Origin: an uncultured Elusimicrobia bacterium
Lineage (GTDB): Bacteria; Elusimicrobiota; Endomicrobiia; DTEH01
Reading direction: 5' to 3'
Length of the DNA stretch: 64,000 bases
Assembly (NCBI GenBank): GCA_964561135.1
Contig: CAZLOB010000070.1
Span: forward strand, 3,248-67,247
This document shows, piece by piece, positions 1 through 8,272 of the stretch (the stretch's first letter is position 1; each line of letters begins with the position of its first letter). The notes below the pieces were generated by a model, which did not search any database, was not told the origin of the DNA, and was given only the letters and a program-made list of their open reading frames with translations. Position numbers and translations under genes: made by a program.

Positions 1-90
1 GTTAAACAAAAACTTTTCGGTAACCTATAGGGAGACATAATGTTGTGATAAAAAATAAAACTATTTAAAATTTTTTGTCTTAGCCAACAA

Positions 91-558
91 TGAAAAATTT
101 TTCTCACAAGTTGAATAATAAACATAAAATTTGATACCATTTTAACAACAAGTTAGTAACATATATTATGAAAATGAAAACTTACTGGAGAGATTGCAAG
201 ATTGCAGTTGAATACATGATAAATATATGAATGCCAACTGAAAAAGAAAAGTTGATGTAATCTTTTATTATCTGTTGTAGAATCTATGTTAAAAGCTAAA
301 CTGTACTTGAAGAACTTATCATTTTCAAAATAGGTATATTGGTTACAAAATTTTATCGTCAGATATAACAGACTATCTGCAAGAATGAGGCCTAACAATA
401 TATCCTTTACAACCAAAAGAAGTTCTTTATGTAGGTGACTGGTCTAAACGAGATATAGTTGTAGCAAAAAAGTTGGACAATCCACAGTGTTTGCACATTG
501 GGGTAAACGTCCTGGCATAAAAGATACAGGAACAAATGCTATTCGTTTAATTGAATAA
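91..558 (+). pseudogene. decayed HAD-superfamily hydrolase paralog (multiple stops and frameshifts)
   Basis: Piecewise + strand translation gives IKFDTILTT, MKMKTYWRDCKIAVEYMINI and the tail PKEVLYVGDWSKRDIVVAKKVGQSTVFAHWGKRPG..IRLIE*. These parallel the intact HAD gene at 37705..38427 (IFDLDNTLMDFMKMKRAAVDAAADAMIDAG; PKETLMIGDWAERDIVGAKQLGIWTVFARYG). No intact + ORF. Confidence 0.45.
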
Positions 559-583
559 GTTTTTGATGTGATAAGAAAAATTA

Positions 584-1003
584 ATGAAGAAGAAAAATAA
601 AAAATTGTTTGTATTAAAACTTCTCTGTTTCTTTTTATGTGCAGTATTATGTTGGCTTGTAGTAAAAAATTTTTTAAAACCAAAATTTTCAATTGTTGAG
701 TATGTTTTAGAAGGTAAAAAATATAAACTTTATTTAGCTGATGAACCGTATAAATGGCAACACGGCCTTATGTTTGTTAAAAAGTTGAAAGATATTGATG
801 GTATGCTATTTGTTTTTCCAGAGAAGAAACATCGTGTGTTTTATAATAAAAACACATATCTTGATTTAGAAGTTTACTGGATAAATGGCAGTAGTGTTGT
901 AGGTAAAAATTTTTTACCGTCAATAAAAAGGTCTAAAAAAATTGTATATCTACCTTCGCCACAAGAAGTTGATAAAGTTGTAGAGATTATAAAATACAAA
1001 TAA
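584..1003 (+). CDS. DUF192-like secreted protein
   Basis: ORF track; N-terminal hydrophobic signal/anchor (KKLFVLKLLCFFLCAVLCWLVV); core ADEPYKWQHGLMFVKKL..GMLFVFPEKK..FYNKNTYLDLEVYWI resembles DUF192. Confidence 0.7.
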   Translation: MKKKNKKLFVLKLLCFFLCAVLCWLVVKNFLKPKFSIVEYVLEGKKYKLYLADEPYKWQHGLMFVKKLKDIDGMLFVFPEKKHRVFYNKNTYLDLEVYWINGSSVVGKNFLPSIKRSKKIVYLPSPQEVDKVVEIIKYK

Positions 1004-1094
1004 TTTTTAAAAGAAGGGAATATGAGGTAAAACATAAAATTTGTTATTTTTCTGACGAAAAAATATTGTTTCATAAAAAATTTTTAAATTTTTG

Positions 1095-1123
1095 TTGACA
1101 TTTTTGAAATAATGTATTATAAA
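1095..1123 (+). promoter_or_regulatory. sigma70-type promoter (TTGACA, 17-nt spacer, TATAAA)
   Basis: TTGACA at 1095-1100, 17-nt spacer, TATAAA at 1118-1123, about 55 nt upstream of the riboswitch P1 helix. Confidence 0.55.
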
Positions 1124-1180
1124 TAGTAATTAGAAGAGGAAAAAAATTTAGAAATTAGTTCTTTGTTAAAGTTTTGTTTC

Positions 1181-1256
1181 GGCCCGTATAATCTGCAAAA
1201 ATATGGTTTGTAGAGTTTCTACGGGACGAACCGTAAACTTGTCTCTGCTACGGGCC
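1181..1256 (+). promoter_or_regulatory. purine riboswitch aptamer, guanine-type (C at the specificity position)
   Basis: P1 ggcccgta(1181-1188)/tacgggcc(1249-1256). J1/2 tataat. P2 ctgcaaa/tttgtag with loop atatgg. J2/3 agtttctac. P3 gggacga/ttgtctc with loop accgtaaa. C1248 lies directly 5' of P1-3'. Near-identical in the conserved joints and loops to the B. subtilis xpt aptamer. Confidence 0.88.
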
Positions 1257-1339
1257 AGCAGGACACATATAACCCTATAGGCAGGTTGAAAGCCTATTTT
1301 TTTTAATTTGTGTCTGCTGGCCCGTAGAGAAGTTTTTTT
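1248..1339 (+). terminator. riboswitch expression-platform hairpin plus U7 (overlaps the P1 3' strand)
   Basis: ctacgggccagcaggacaca (1248-1267) pairs with tgtgtctgctggcccgtag (1309-1327): 19 bp with one bulge. tct/aga extends the stem. ttttttt at 1333-1339. Confidence 0.6.
1277..1304 (+). terminator. small hairpin plus U8 inside the platform loop (pause site or weak terminator)
   Basis: ataggc(1277-1282)/gcctat(1292-1297), 9-nt loop, followed by a T run to 1304. Confidence 0.3.
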
Positions 1340-1348
1340 GTTCTTGAA

Positions 1349-1412
1349 GGACCAGGGAACATACAGGTTCTGCGCATCTTACGAAAATGTTTGTTCCCTG
1401 GTCTTTTTTTTT
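1349..1412 (+). terminator. third leader hairpin plus U9
   Basis: ggaccagggaaca (1349-1361) pairs with tgttccctggtc (1392-1403), then nine T (1404-1412). The loop is large (~30 nt). It overlaps the ORF-track start at 1387. Confidence 0.45.
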
Positions 1413-1470
1413 ATATATATTGGTAATTTTGGCTACGAGAGCAATAAATCTTTTCTTTCTAGTTTATTTT

Positions 1471-4400
1471 ATGAAAATTAAAGTTTTATTAGCTTTTGTT
1501 TTATTCTTTGTATCATCTTCCACTTCTTATACTGCTAACTTATTAAACAACGCAGGATTTGACGAACTTCCTGCATTAACAGGATGGACACGTAGTGGAA
1601 CACTTTCAAGCGGTGTTGTAACTTCACCTGTTACAAATGCTCCGTATGCAGCAAGGATTTCTACATCCGCTTCTACAGGAAATAAAGCTTTATATCAAAA
1701 TGTGAATGTGTATGAAGGTAAAAGATATGTTTTATCAGGTTATGTATACTTAGTTGTTGCGCAAGGAGGTGAATCTGTCGGGTTAGGACTGAAACCCGGA
1801 GGAGGTGGTGTTGCATCAAGCTGGTTTCCAGATGTTTCAAATTCAACATCAGCAACTACTCAAGATAGATGGGTATATTTAACACTAAGTACAAAAGTCC
1901 CTTTTGGTGTGTCAACTTATGGTATTAATGTATATCTTCGTACTTCAGGTGCGCTATCAACATGGGCTACTGGATATTTTGACGATATTTCTTTTGTATT
2001 CATAAGTTCGCCACCAGGAAAAGTCACAAATTTTGTTGCTGAGACAGGAAGAGTTGGTGGAGAGATAAATTTATCATGGGTCTGTGCAACTGCTACTATT
2101 GGATATGAAGATGATTTACCGCCAGGATGTTCTTTTTATATACAATACGCAAGTTGGACAGGGGTGAACTTTTCAACATTGACTCTTCCTAACCCACCAC
2201 CAGGTGTGTATCATATATGGATACCAACAGGTCCTGTGGTTTATGGAACAAATTGTTACTACACAATAGCTGGTCTTCAAGAAGGTGTAACTTATTATTT
2301 TAGAATTTGGGTAATAGATAATTCTGGTAACTGGTCCGAGATTTCTGACAGTGCAACAACACAGGCTCAAATTACACCACAACCACCAAGTAATTTAGAT
2401 GTTTTTTCAATATCTTCATCAACAATAAGGCTTAAATGGACACCTTCAAATGCTGTATGGTACAGAATTGAACATTCATCAGTATCTAATTCTGAAAGTT
2501 GGGTTTTTAGGTCAACTGTAGTAGCAAAAGCAGGTGAGTATATAGATGATAATTTAGTTCCGAGTTGTACTTATTGGTATAGAATGTTTGGTATTAATTC
2601 TGCAGGTATTGTGAATTGGTATCAGCCAAGCAATATAGTAAAAACAATAACTTATCCTGCAGCACCAATAAATTTTACTACACAAACAATCTCAGCAACC
2701 TCAATTGTTTGGATATGGGAACCTATTGGTTATGCTGATGGGTTTATAATCTATCAAGCAACATCACCAAATACAGAAGTAGTAAAAATTCCGTTTGGTA
2801 TTAATACTTACGAAGAAACAGGTCTTTCAACAAACACTGCGTATGGTAGGTATATTCGTGCGTTTAACAGTAGTGGTTTCAGTGAATTATCAGCTAAAAC
2901 TACTGTTTATACATTAGCAGCGACACCTGTAAACCTTTCGTTTATTGCTGTACACTATACAAGTGTAACTTTTAGTTGGTCTGCTAATGGTAATCCTTTA
3001 GGAACAAGATATGAAGTGTCACAATCAATTGATAATTTCCAAACTAATTTTTCTACTCCTATTCCTTACACCTATGAAACCGTTGTGACTATAAGTGACC
3101 TTGTTCCTTCAACTACTTATTATTTTAGAGTTAGAGCGTTTAATAATGATGATGTGCCTACAAGTTTTTCTATAGTTATAAACACGACAACACTATCTCT
3201 ACCACCACCAGATATTTGTATCACAGAAGTTTTAGCAAACGATTCTCATTCTACTGAAGGTCCTGGCGAGTTTGTAGAAGTTTACAACCGTGGCTTGGTA
3301 GAAGTAGATTTAGCAGGTATGTTTTTATGTGGCGAAGGTGATACTAACGATAATATTGTTGATTACACAGGCCATAATGATTTAGGTCAGCCTGGGACTA
3401 TACTTTATCCGGGATGGTACGCTCTTATTGTAGACCCTGACTATGACGGATGGTATAATGATTGTATCCAACAGCATGCCGATTTAAATAAACTGATAAT
3501 GTTAACAATACACCAAGATAGTACTTTAGGTAGTAGTAGATTAGCCAACACTTTTGAGTCAGTATGGATAGTTTCAGGAACTGTTGTTTTAACTTCGTTT
3601 ACTTGGGTTTCAGATGCAGGTAATGGTAAATCTTGGGAAAAGATAGATTATTTGGGTCCAGCAATTGACAGGTCTGATTCATGCAACTGGGCTGTGTCAA
3701 CACATCAGTCAGATAATAATTCTTATTGCACACCTGGATTTTTAAACAGTGTATCAGGAAGCGGTCCACCACCGTTACTACCGTCTCAAGAAGATATAAA
3801 CCCCTCAGATGTTGTTATAAACGAATTTTTATATGATGCTGTTTCCACAGATAATGGTAATGAATGGATTGAGTTATATAACAATCTTTCAACAATGAGT
3901 GTAAATCTTGCTGGTTGGAAGATACAAAAATCTACAGGTCCTACATTAGATGTTGCTGTATGGACAGATTTGTTTGTAATAACTTCTGGCAGTATTTCTC
4001 CTAATGGATACTTTTTATGTGCACAATCAACCGCTGCAGTAAAATATCAAGCAGATTTTACATATTCTGACTCAGCAACAATGAACAATTCCGCTCCGTC
4101 TGCAATACGATTGGTTACACCTTCAGGTAAAGAGATCGACAGGGTAGCGTATGGTGGTGCAAGGTCAGACAATTTAGCAGAAGCTGATAAAGCAACGGTT
4201 GGTGCTTCTGTAGGACAAAGTTTGTCAAGATCTCCTGATGGAAAAGATACTAATAATAACTACAACGACTTTATAATGTTATCAAACCCTACACCTACAA
4301 ATTCATCAGGTCCTGACAAGATACCTCCTGCTTCAATTACTGACCTTGCTGCAGAAACAGGACAAAATCCAGGTGAGATTATTCTTAGTTGGACAGCACC

Positions 4401-7400
4401 TGGTGATGATGGTTTATTGTATAACAACACTAAAGAAGCATATTATATTGTAAAATATGCTACTTACCCTGTAAAAGAGTCTACAACCATATGGTGGCAA
4501 CAAGCAGTAGAATATGTTCAACAATGGAATGTTGCATCACAGGGGCTGAAAGAACAAAAAGTTTTACAAGGGTTCATCCCAGGAACAACTTATTATTTTG
4601 CTATAAAAACAGTTGATGATAGTAGGAATGTATCAGATATTGATATCAATGCACAAGATCTTTCAACACAAGCAAAAGCTTATGCACAAGTTGGTTCCAT
4701 TGGTTCTTTAATACGGATAAATGAAGTTGCACCTGACCAAACTTCTACTGCAGGATATGATTGGATTGAATTCTATAACGCGTCGACACAAGCAATAAAT
4801 GTTTTCGGATGGAAGATATATGAAGTGTATACGAGTTCAACAGAACCAATTGAAATAATAGAAGCAAATTGGTTCTTCCCAGCAAACAGTTATCTTGTGT
4901 TAAGATTTGGTCAACAACAAAGAAATATGACAGTGCCACAACAAATATCGCCAAATTGTTACGAACTTTATACAGATAAACCGGGCCTTGCCGCAACTGA
5001 TAACATTATAGTTTTAGCTGATAAAAATGACAATTGGATAGATGTTGTTTGTTATACAGATAGAAGTGGAAGTATATCAAATGCTACTCGGTTCCGACAA
5101 GCATACAACTATGCTGTTTCTATAAATGAATGGTATGGACCCTATGCAGATGAGACAAACGATGATGAAATAGAATACTGTTGTGCATCAACATTGTTTA
5201 TGTCATCAGACAGGTCTTTAGCACGGGATGAATCTTCAACCGACGGAACAAACCCGTCTGTTAACGAATGGTATTTAACTCTAACACTGACATGTGGTGC
5301 ACCTAATTCAGGTATAGACAAAATACCACCAGCCGCTGTTACAACACTACAAGCAACTGCTGGCCCTAACCGTGGACAAGTGAAACTTTCCTGGATATCA
5401 GTTGGTAATGATGATTATACAGGCACAGCAGCAGGATATATGTTAAGATTTAATACATTTCCTATTACAGAAGAAAACTTCTTTCATTCATCAACAAATG
5501 CTGACAGAATCTCAAAAGATAAAAAAACAGATACTATCTATATGAAACCAAAAATAGCTGGAAAAATTGAAACAACTGTCGGTGTATTACCTGTTGGACA
5601 AACTTATTATTTTGCATTAAAAGTATTAGATGAACGTGTTAACTTTTCAGCAATATCTAATGTAGTGTCTTTTGTCCCACCGAATGTTGTTGGGTCTAAT
5701 ATAAGAATAAACGAATTCGCAGTATTAGAATCAACACATACAGGTGGTGATTGGGTTGAGTTGTATAACGCGTCAGAAGATCCTGTTAACATTAAAGGGT
5801 GGACACTGTGGGGTATAAAAGTAGCAGAAACAACTCCGTCTAAGATAAAAAAGTTTCCTGATATTACCTTAGCTCCAAAAGATTATCTTGTGGTAAACTG
5901 TGTCTTGGGGACGGATGAAACAACTTCAAAAGGTGAAAATGGATATTGGGATGTGTACACAAATTATGATATAAAAGGGTTTGACGGTGTTTTATTTTTA
6001 ACTGATGAAGGTTTTAGTAGTGATTATGATAATATAGTAGATTTTGTAGCATATACATCTGGTGGTGTTTCCTCGTGGAAGGATATATGGAATACAGCAT
6101 GTGATTGTAATCAATGGTCACCATATATAAATACTGATGCTGAAGGTGTAAACTACGCAGTAGATTGGTCTTCAGGGCAAACAGGTTTCTCTTTAGGTCG
6201 GGATAGGTTTTCAACTGATAATGACAATATTCTCCATAATGCAAGAGATGATTGGAAATTATTTCGTGTTCCAACAAAAGGATATCAAAATGATGATATC
6301 CCACCTGCTGCTATTACTTATATTGTTGCAACTTATGGTGAAACAGAAGGTTCGATTAAACTTACATGGATAGTACCTGGTGATGATGAGTTCATTGGGG
6401 TAAATTATGGCAAGTATGAGATAAAATATGCTACATTTACAGTTGAAACTTCATCAACAGTATGGTGGCAACAGATTTCTAAAAGAAGTGAATACAGTGG
6501 GGTTGTTGAAGTTAAAATAGGTGTTGATATTTCAACAACGCAACCATATGAAACTGTAAGTTATACAATTACAAGATTGTTCCCAGGGTTAACTTACTAC
6601 TTTGGAATAAGGACATACGATGATATAGGAAATGTTTCTGAGTTAGATTTGTATTTATCAAACAACGAGCCTGTTTTTGCAGTAGCGTTTGATACAATAC
6701 CTGCAAAAGTTCAAAATCTTAATTTCTTTGTAAAAAACAAAACTATAGAATTTAGCTGGGATAAAAATAAAGAACTTGATTTTGACCGTTATGAGATATA
6801 CTGTGATTCAGGGGTGGGATTATTCTTTGTTAGTGCTACTACAAATACTTGGTTTGAACACAAAGGATTAAAAAATGGGCTAACCTACTATTATGAACTT
6901 TATGCAGTAGATATTAAACAAAACAAAAGTTTACCAACTTTTGGTTACACAATACCAAAAATGTCACCTCCGACAAAACTTTCTGCCGAACATTATGGTT
7001 GGTATGTAAATCTTGAATGGCAACATTCAGTAGATTATACTGCTGATAATTTCTTAATGTATAAAATATATCGTAGTAGTTCTCAACACGGTTCTTATGT
7101 AAGTATATCAACTACTACTAATAATTTTTATAAAGATAACAATATTCAAAAAGGCAGTTGTTATTACTATTATATTGTATGTGTAGATAATGATTACATT
7201 GAAAGCGAACTTTCAAACATTGCAGTAGCTGTACCTGATCTTATTTCGCCAAAATTTGTACATATTTCAAAACTAACTTCTCGTGATTTAGCTAAAGATA
7301 TTGCAAAAATTGACATTAAAGTTGTAGATGACAGGTTTGAAGAAGGAGATAGACAAGGTAAATTAGTTTCTTTAGAAGGAAAATATAAAGTTATTGGTTC

Positions 7401-7848
7401 TCAAGAAAAATATAGTGTAAAATTTGATCCAGATTTTATCGCAGGTTTAAAAGAATATACTGGTCAAGCAGAATTTGACTTCACTTTGATAACAATTGGT
7501 GATAAAGGTATAGAATATCAATTTATTGCAAAAGATGAAGTTAATATATCATCTTTTCCAATAGATGGAAGTTGGTATAAAGTTGAACTGCCTAAAGACC
7601 TACCTCAACAAAAGTTTATAACTGACCAAAACCCAGAGGTTGTTTTTGGTAGCAACGTTGAAGAAGTTATAATTTATGACCAATTTGGTAATAAAGTTTG
7701 GGGGAAAACTAAACAGTTTGAAAATCAACTGATAGTATGGAAAGGGAAAGATAAAAATGATAAAAATGTAGAATCAGGTACGTATATATATCAAATTAAA
7801 ACAAAAGATGGGAAACGTAAGTATGGTGTAGTGATTGTAGTGAAGTGA
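1471..7848 (+). CDS. giant secreted surface protein: CBM-like N-domain, FN3-like repeats, four lamin-tail-domain (LTD) modules, C-terminal FlgD-Ig/T9SS-CTD-like tail
   Basis: Track ORF 1387..7848. Start moved to ATG 1471 (MKIKVLLAFVLFFVSSSTSYTA signal-like). LTD motifs: ITEVLAND..EFVEVYN, INEFLYD..EWIELYN, RINEVAP..DWIEFYNAS, RINEFAV..DWVELYNAS. FN3-like YYFRVRAFN and YYFAIKTVDD. Tail ..GTYIYQIKTKDGKRKYGVVIVVK. Confidence 0.85.
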   Translation: MKIKVLLAFVLFFVSSSTSYTANLLNNAGFDELPALTGWTRSGTLSSGVVTSPVTNAPYAARISTSASTGNKALYQNVNVYEGKRYVLSGYVYLVVAQGGESVGLGLKPGGGGVASSWFPDVSNSTSATTQDRWVYLTLSTKVPFGVSTYGINVYLRTSGALSTWATGYFDDISFVFISSPPGKVTNFVAETGRVGGEINLSWVCATATIGYEDDLPPGCSFYIQYASWTGVNFSTLTLPNPPPGVYHIWIPTGPVVYGTNCYYTIAGLQEGVTYYFRIWVIDNSGNWSEISDSATTQAQITPQPPSNLDVFSISSSTIRLKWTPSNAVWYRIEHSSVSNSESWVFRSTVVAKAGEYIDDNLVPSCTYWYRMFGINSAGIVNWYQPSNIVKTITYPAAPINFTTQTISATSIVWIWEPIGYADGFIIYQATSPNTEVVKIPFGINTYEETGLSTNTAYGRYIRAFNSSGFSELSAKTTVYTLAATPVNLSFIAVHYTSVTFSWSANGNPLGTRYEVSQSIDNFQTNFSTPIPYTYETVVTISDLVPSTTYYFRVRAFNNDDVPTSFSIVINTTTLSLPPPDICITEVLANDSHSTEGPGEFVEVYNRGLVEVDLAGMFLCGEGDTNDNIVDYTGHNDLGQPGTILYPGWYALIVDPDYDGWYNDCIQQHADLNKLIMLTIHQDSTLGSSRLANTFESVWIVSGTVVLTSFTWVSDAGNGKSWEKIDYLGPAIDRSDSCNWAVSTHQSDNNSYCTPGFLNSVSGSGPPPLLPSQEDINPSDVVINEFLYDAVSTDNGNEWIELYNNLSTMSVNLAGWKIQKSTGPTLDVAVWTDLFVITSGSISPNGYFLCAQSTAAVKYQADFTYSDSATMNNSAPSAIRLVTPSGKEIDRVAYGGARSDNLAEADKATVGASVGQSLSRSPDGKDTNNNYNDFIMLSNPTPTNSSGPDKIPPASITDLAAETGQNPGEIILSWTAPGDDGLLYNNTKEAYYIVKYATYPVKESTTIWWQQAVEYVQQWNVASQGLKEQKVLQGFIPGTTYYFAIKTVDDSRNVSDIDINAQDLSTQAKAYAQVGSIGSLIRINEVAPDQTSTAGYDWIEFYNASTQAINVFGWKIYEVYTSSTEPIEIIEANWFFPANSYLVLRFGQQQRNMTVPQQISPNCYELYTDKPGLAATDNIIVLADKNDNWIDVVCYTDRSGSISNATRFRQAYNYAVSINEWYGPYADETNDDEIEYCCASTLFMSSDRSLARDESSTDGTNPSVNEWYLTLTLTCGAPNSGIDKIPPAAVTTLQATAGPNRGQVKLSWISVGNDDYTGTAAGYMLRFNTFPITEENFFHSSTNADRISKDKKTDTIYMKPKIAGKIETTVGVLPVGQTYYFALKVLDERVNFSAISNVVSFVPPNVVGSNIRINEFAVLESTHTGGDWVELYNASEDPVNIKGWTLWGIKVAETTPSKIKKFPDITLAPKDYLVVNCVLGTDETTSKGENGYWDVYTNYDIKGFDGVLFLTDEGFSSDYDNIVDFVAYTSGGVSSWKDIWNTACDCNQWSPYINTDAEGVNYAVDWSSGQTGFSLGRDRFSTDNDNILHNARDDWKLFRVPTKGYQNDDIPPAAITYIVATYGETEGSIKLTWIVPGDDEFIGVNYGKYEIKYATFTVETSSTVWWQQISKRSEYSGVVEVKIGVDISTTQPYETVSYTITRLFPGLTYYFGIRTYDDIGNVSELDLYLSNNEPVFAVAFDTIPAKVQNLNFFVKNKTIEFSWDKNKELDFDRYEIYCDSGVGLFFVSATTNTWFEHKGLKNGLTYYYELYAVDIKQNKSLPTFGYTIPKMSPPTKLSAEHYGWYVNLEWQHSVDYTADNFLMYKIYRSSSQHGSYVSISTTTNNFYKDNNIQKGSCYYYYIVCVDNDYIESELSNIAVAVPDLISPKFVHISKLTSRDLAKDIAKIDIKVVDDRFEEGDRQGKLVSLEGKYKVIGSQEKYSVKFDPDFIAGLKEYTGQAEFDFTLITIGDKGIEYQFIAKDEVNISSFPIDGSWYKVELPKDLPQQKFITDQNPEVVFGSNVEEVIIYDQFGNKVWGKTKQFENQLIVWKGKDKNDKNVESGTYIYQIKTKDGKRKYGVVIVVK

Positions 7849-7858
7849 ACAGGTTTTT

Positions 7859-7908
7859 AGTTCAAAGTTTAAAGTTCAAAGTTAAAATTAAAAGTTTAAA
7901 GTTTAAGT
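7859..7908 (+). repeat. AAGTTNA-type heptad microsatellite array
   Basis: agttcaa agtttaa agttcaa agttaaa attaaaa gtttaaa gtttaag read directly; 7-nt period. Confidence 0.8.
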
Positions 7909-7926
7909 AAGAGAAAAGAAGAAAAA

Positions 7927-8272
7927 TGAACAAAATAAATAATAAAGAATTAAATTTTGAGAATTTAGAAGTGTATCAAAATTACTAAAAATTTTCCTAA
8001 ACAAATACAATTTTCTTTAGCAGACCAATTAAGAAGAGCATCGTTGTCAATTTGTAATAACATTGCAAAAGGATGTGGCAACACACGATAAAAGAAAAGA
8101 ATTGTTTTACAATTACGTTTTAAACTCTGCAAGAGAATATTTCCCTGGTTTAGAAATTACTCTAAAACAAAATTTGATAACTAATAAAATATATTCAGGT
8201 TTAAGGGAGGAATGTTTGATTATTTGTAAAATGTTAAAAAAGTTAATTATCTCATTAGATAAAACTAGAATA
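7927..8272 (+). pseudogene. four-helix-bundle protein (23S rRNA IVS protein / Avd family), frameshifted
   Basis: Three frames together give MNKINNKELNFENLEVYQN / KNFPKQIQFSLADQLRRASLSICNNIAKGCGNT / DKRKELFYNYVLNSAREYFPGLEITLKQNLI..ECLIICKMLKKLIISL. This matches the family pattern LEVWQ..FPK.E.y.L..QLrRAa.SI..NIAEG. At least two frame breaks. Confidence 0.6.

Noticed and set aside
153-692. Minus-strand ORFs 153-416 and 444-692 at the window start
   Set aside because: They lie antisense to the decayed HAD pseudogene and to the DUF192 gene start. No motifs, and the plus-strand similarity to the intact HAD paralog explains the region better.
1004-1094. Possible small ORF or regulatory RNA between the DUF192 gene and the promoter
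   Set aside because: I saw only AT-rich sequence with no convincing ORF, hairpin or conserved motif.
7859-7908. CRISPR array
   Set aside because: The repeats are 7-8 nt with no spacers (a microsatellite). No cas genes are present, so this is not a CRISPR architecture.
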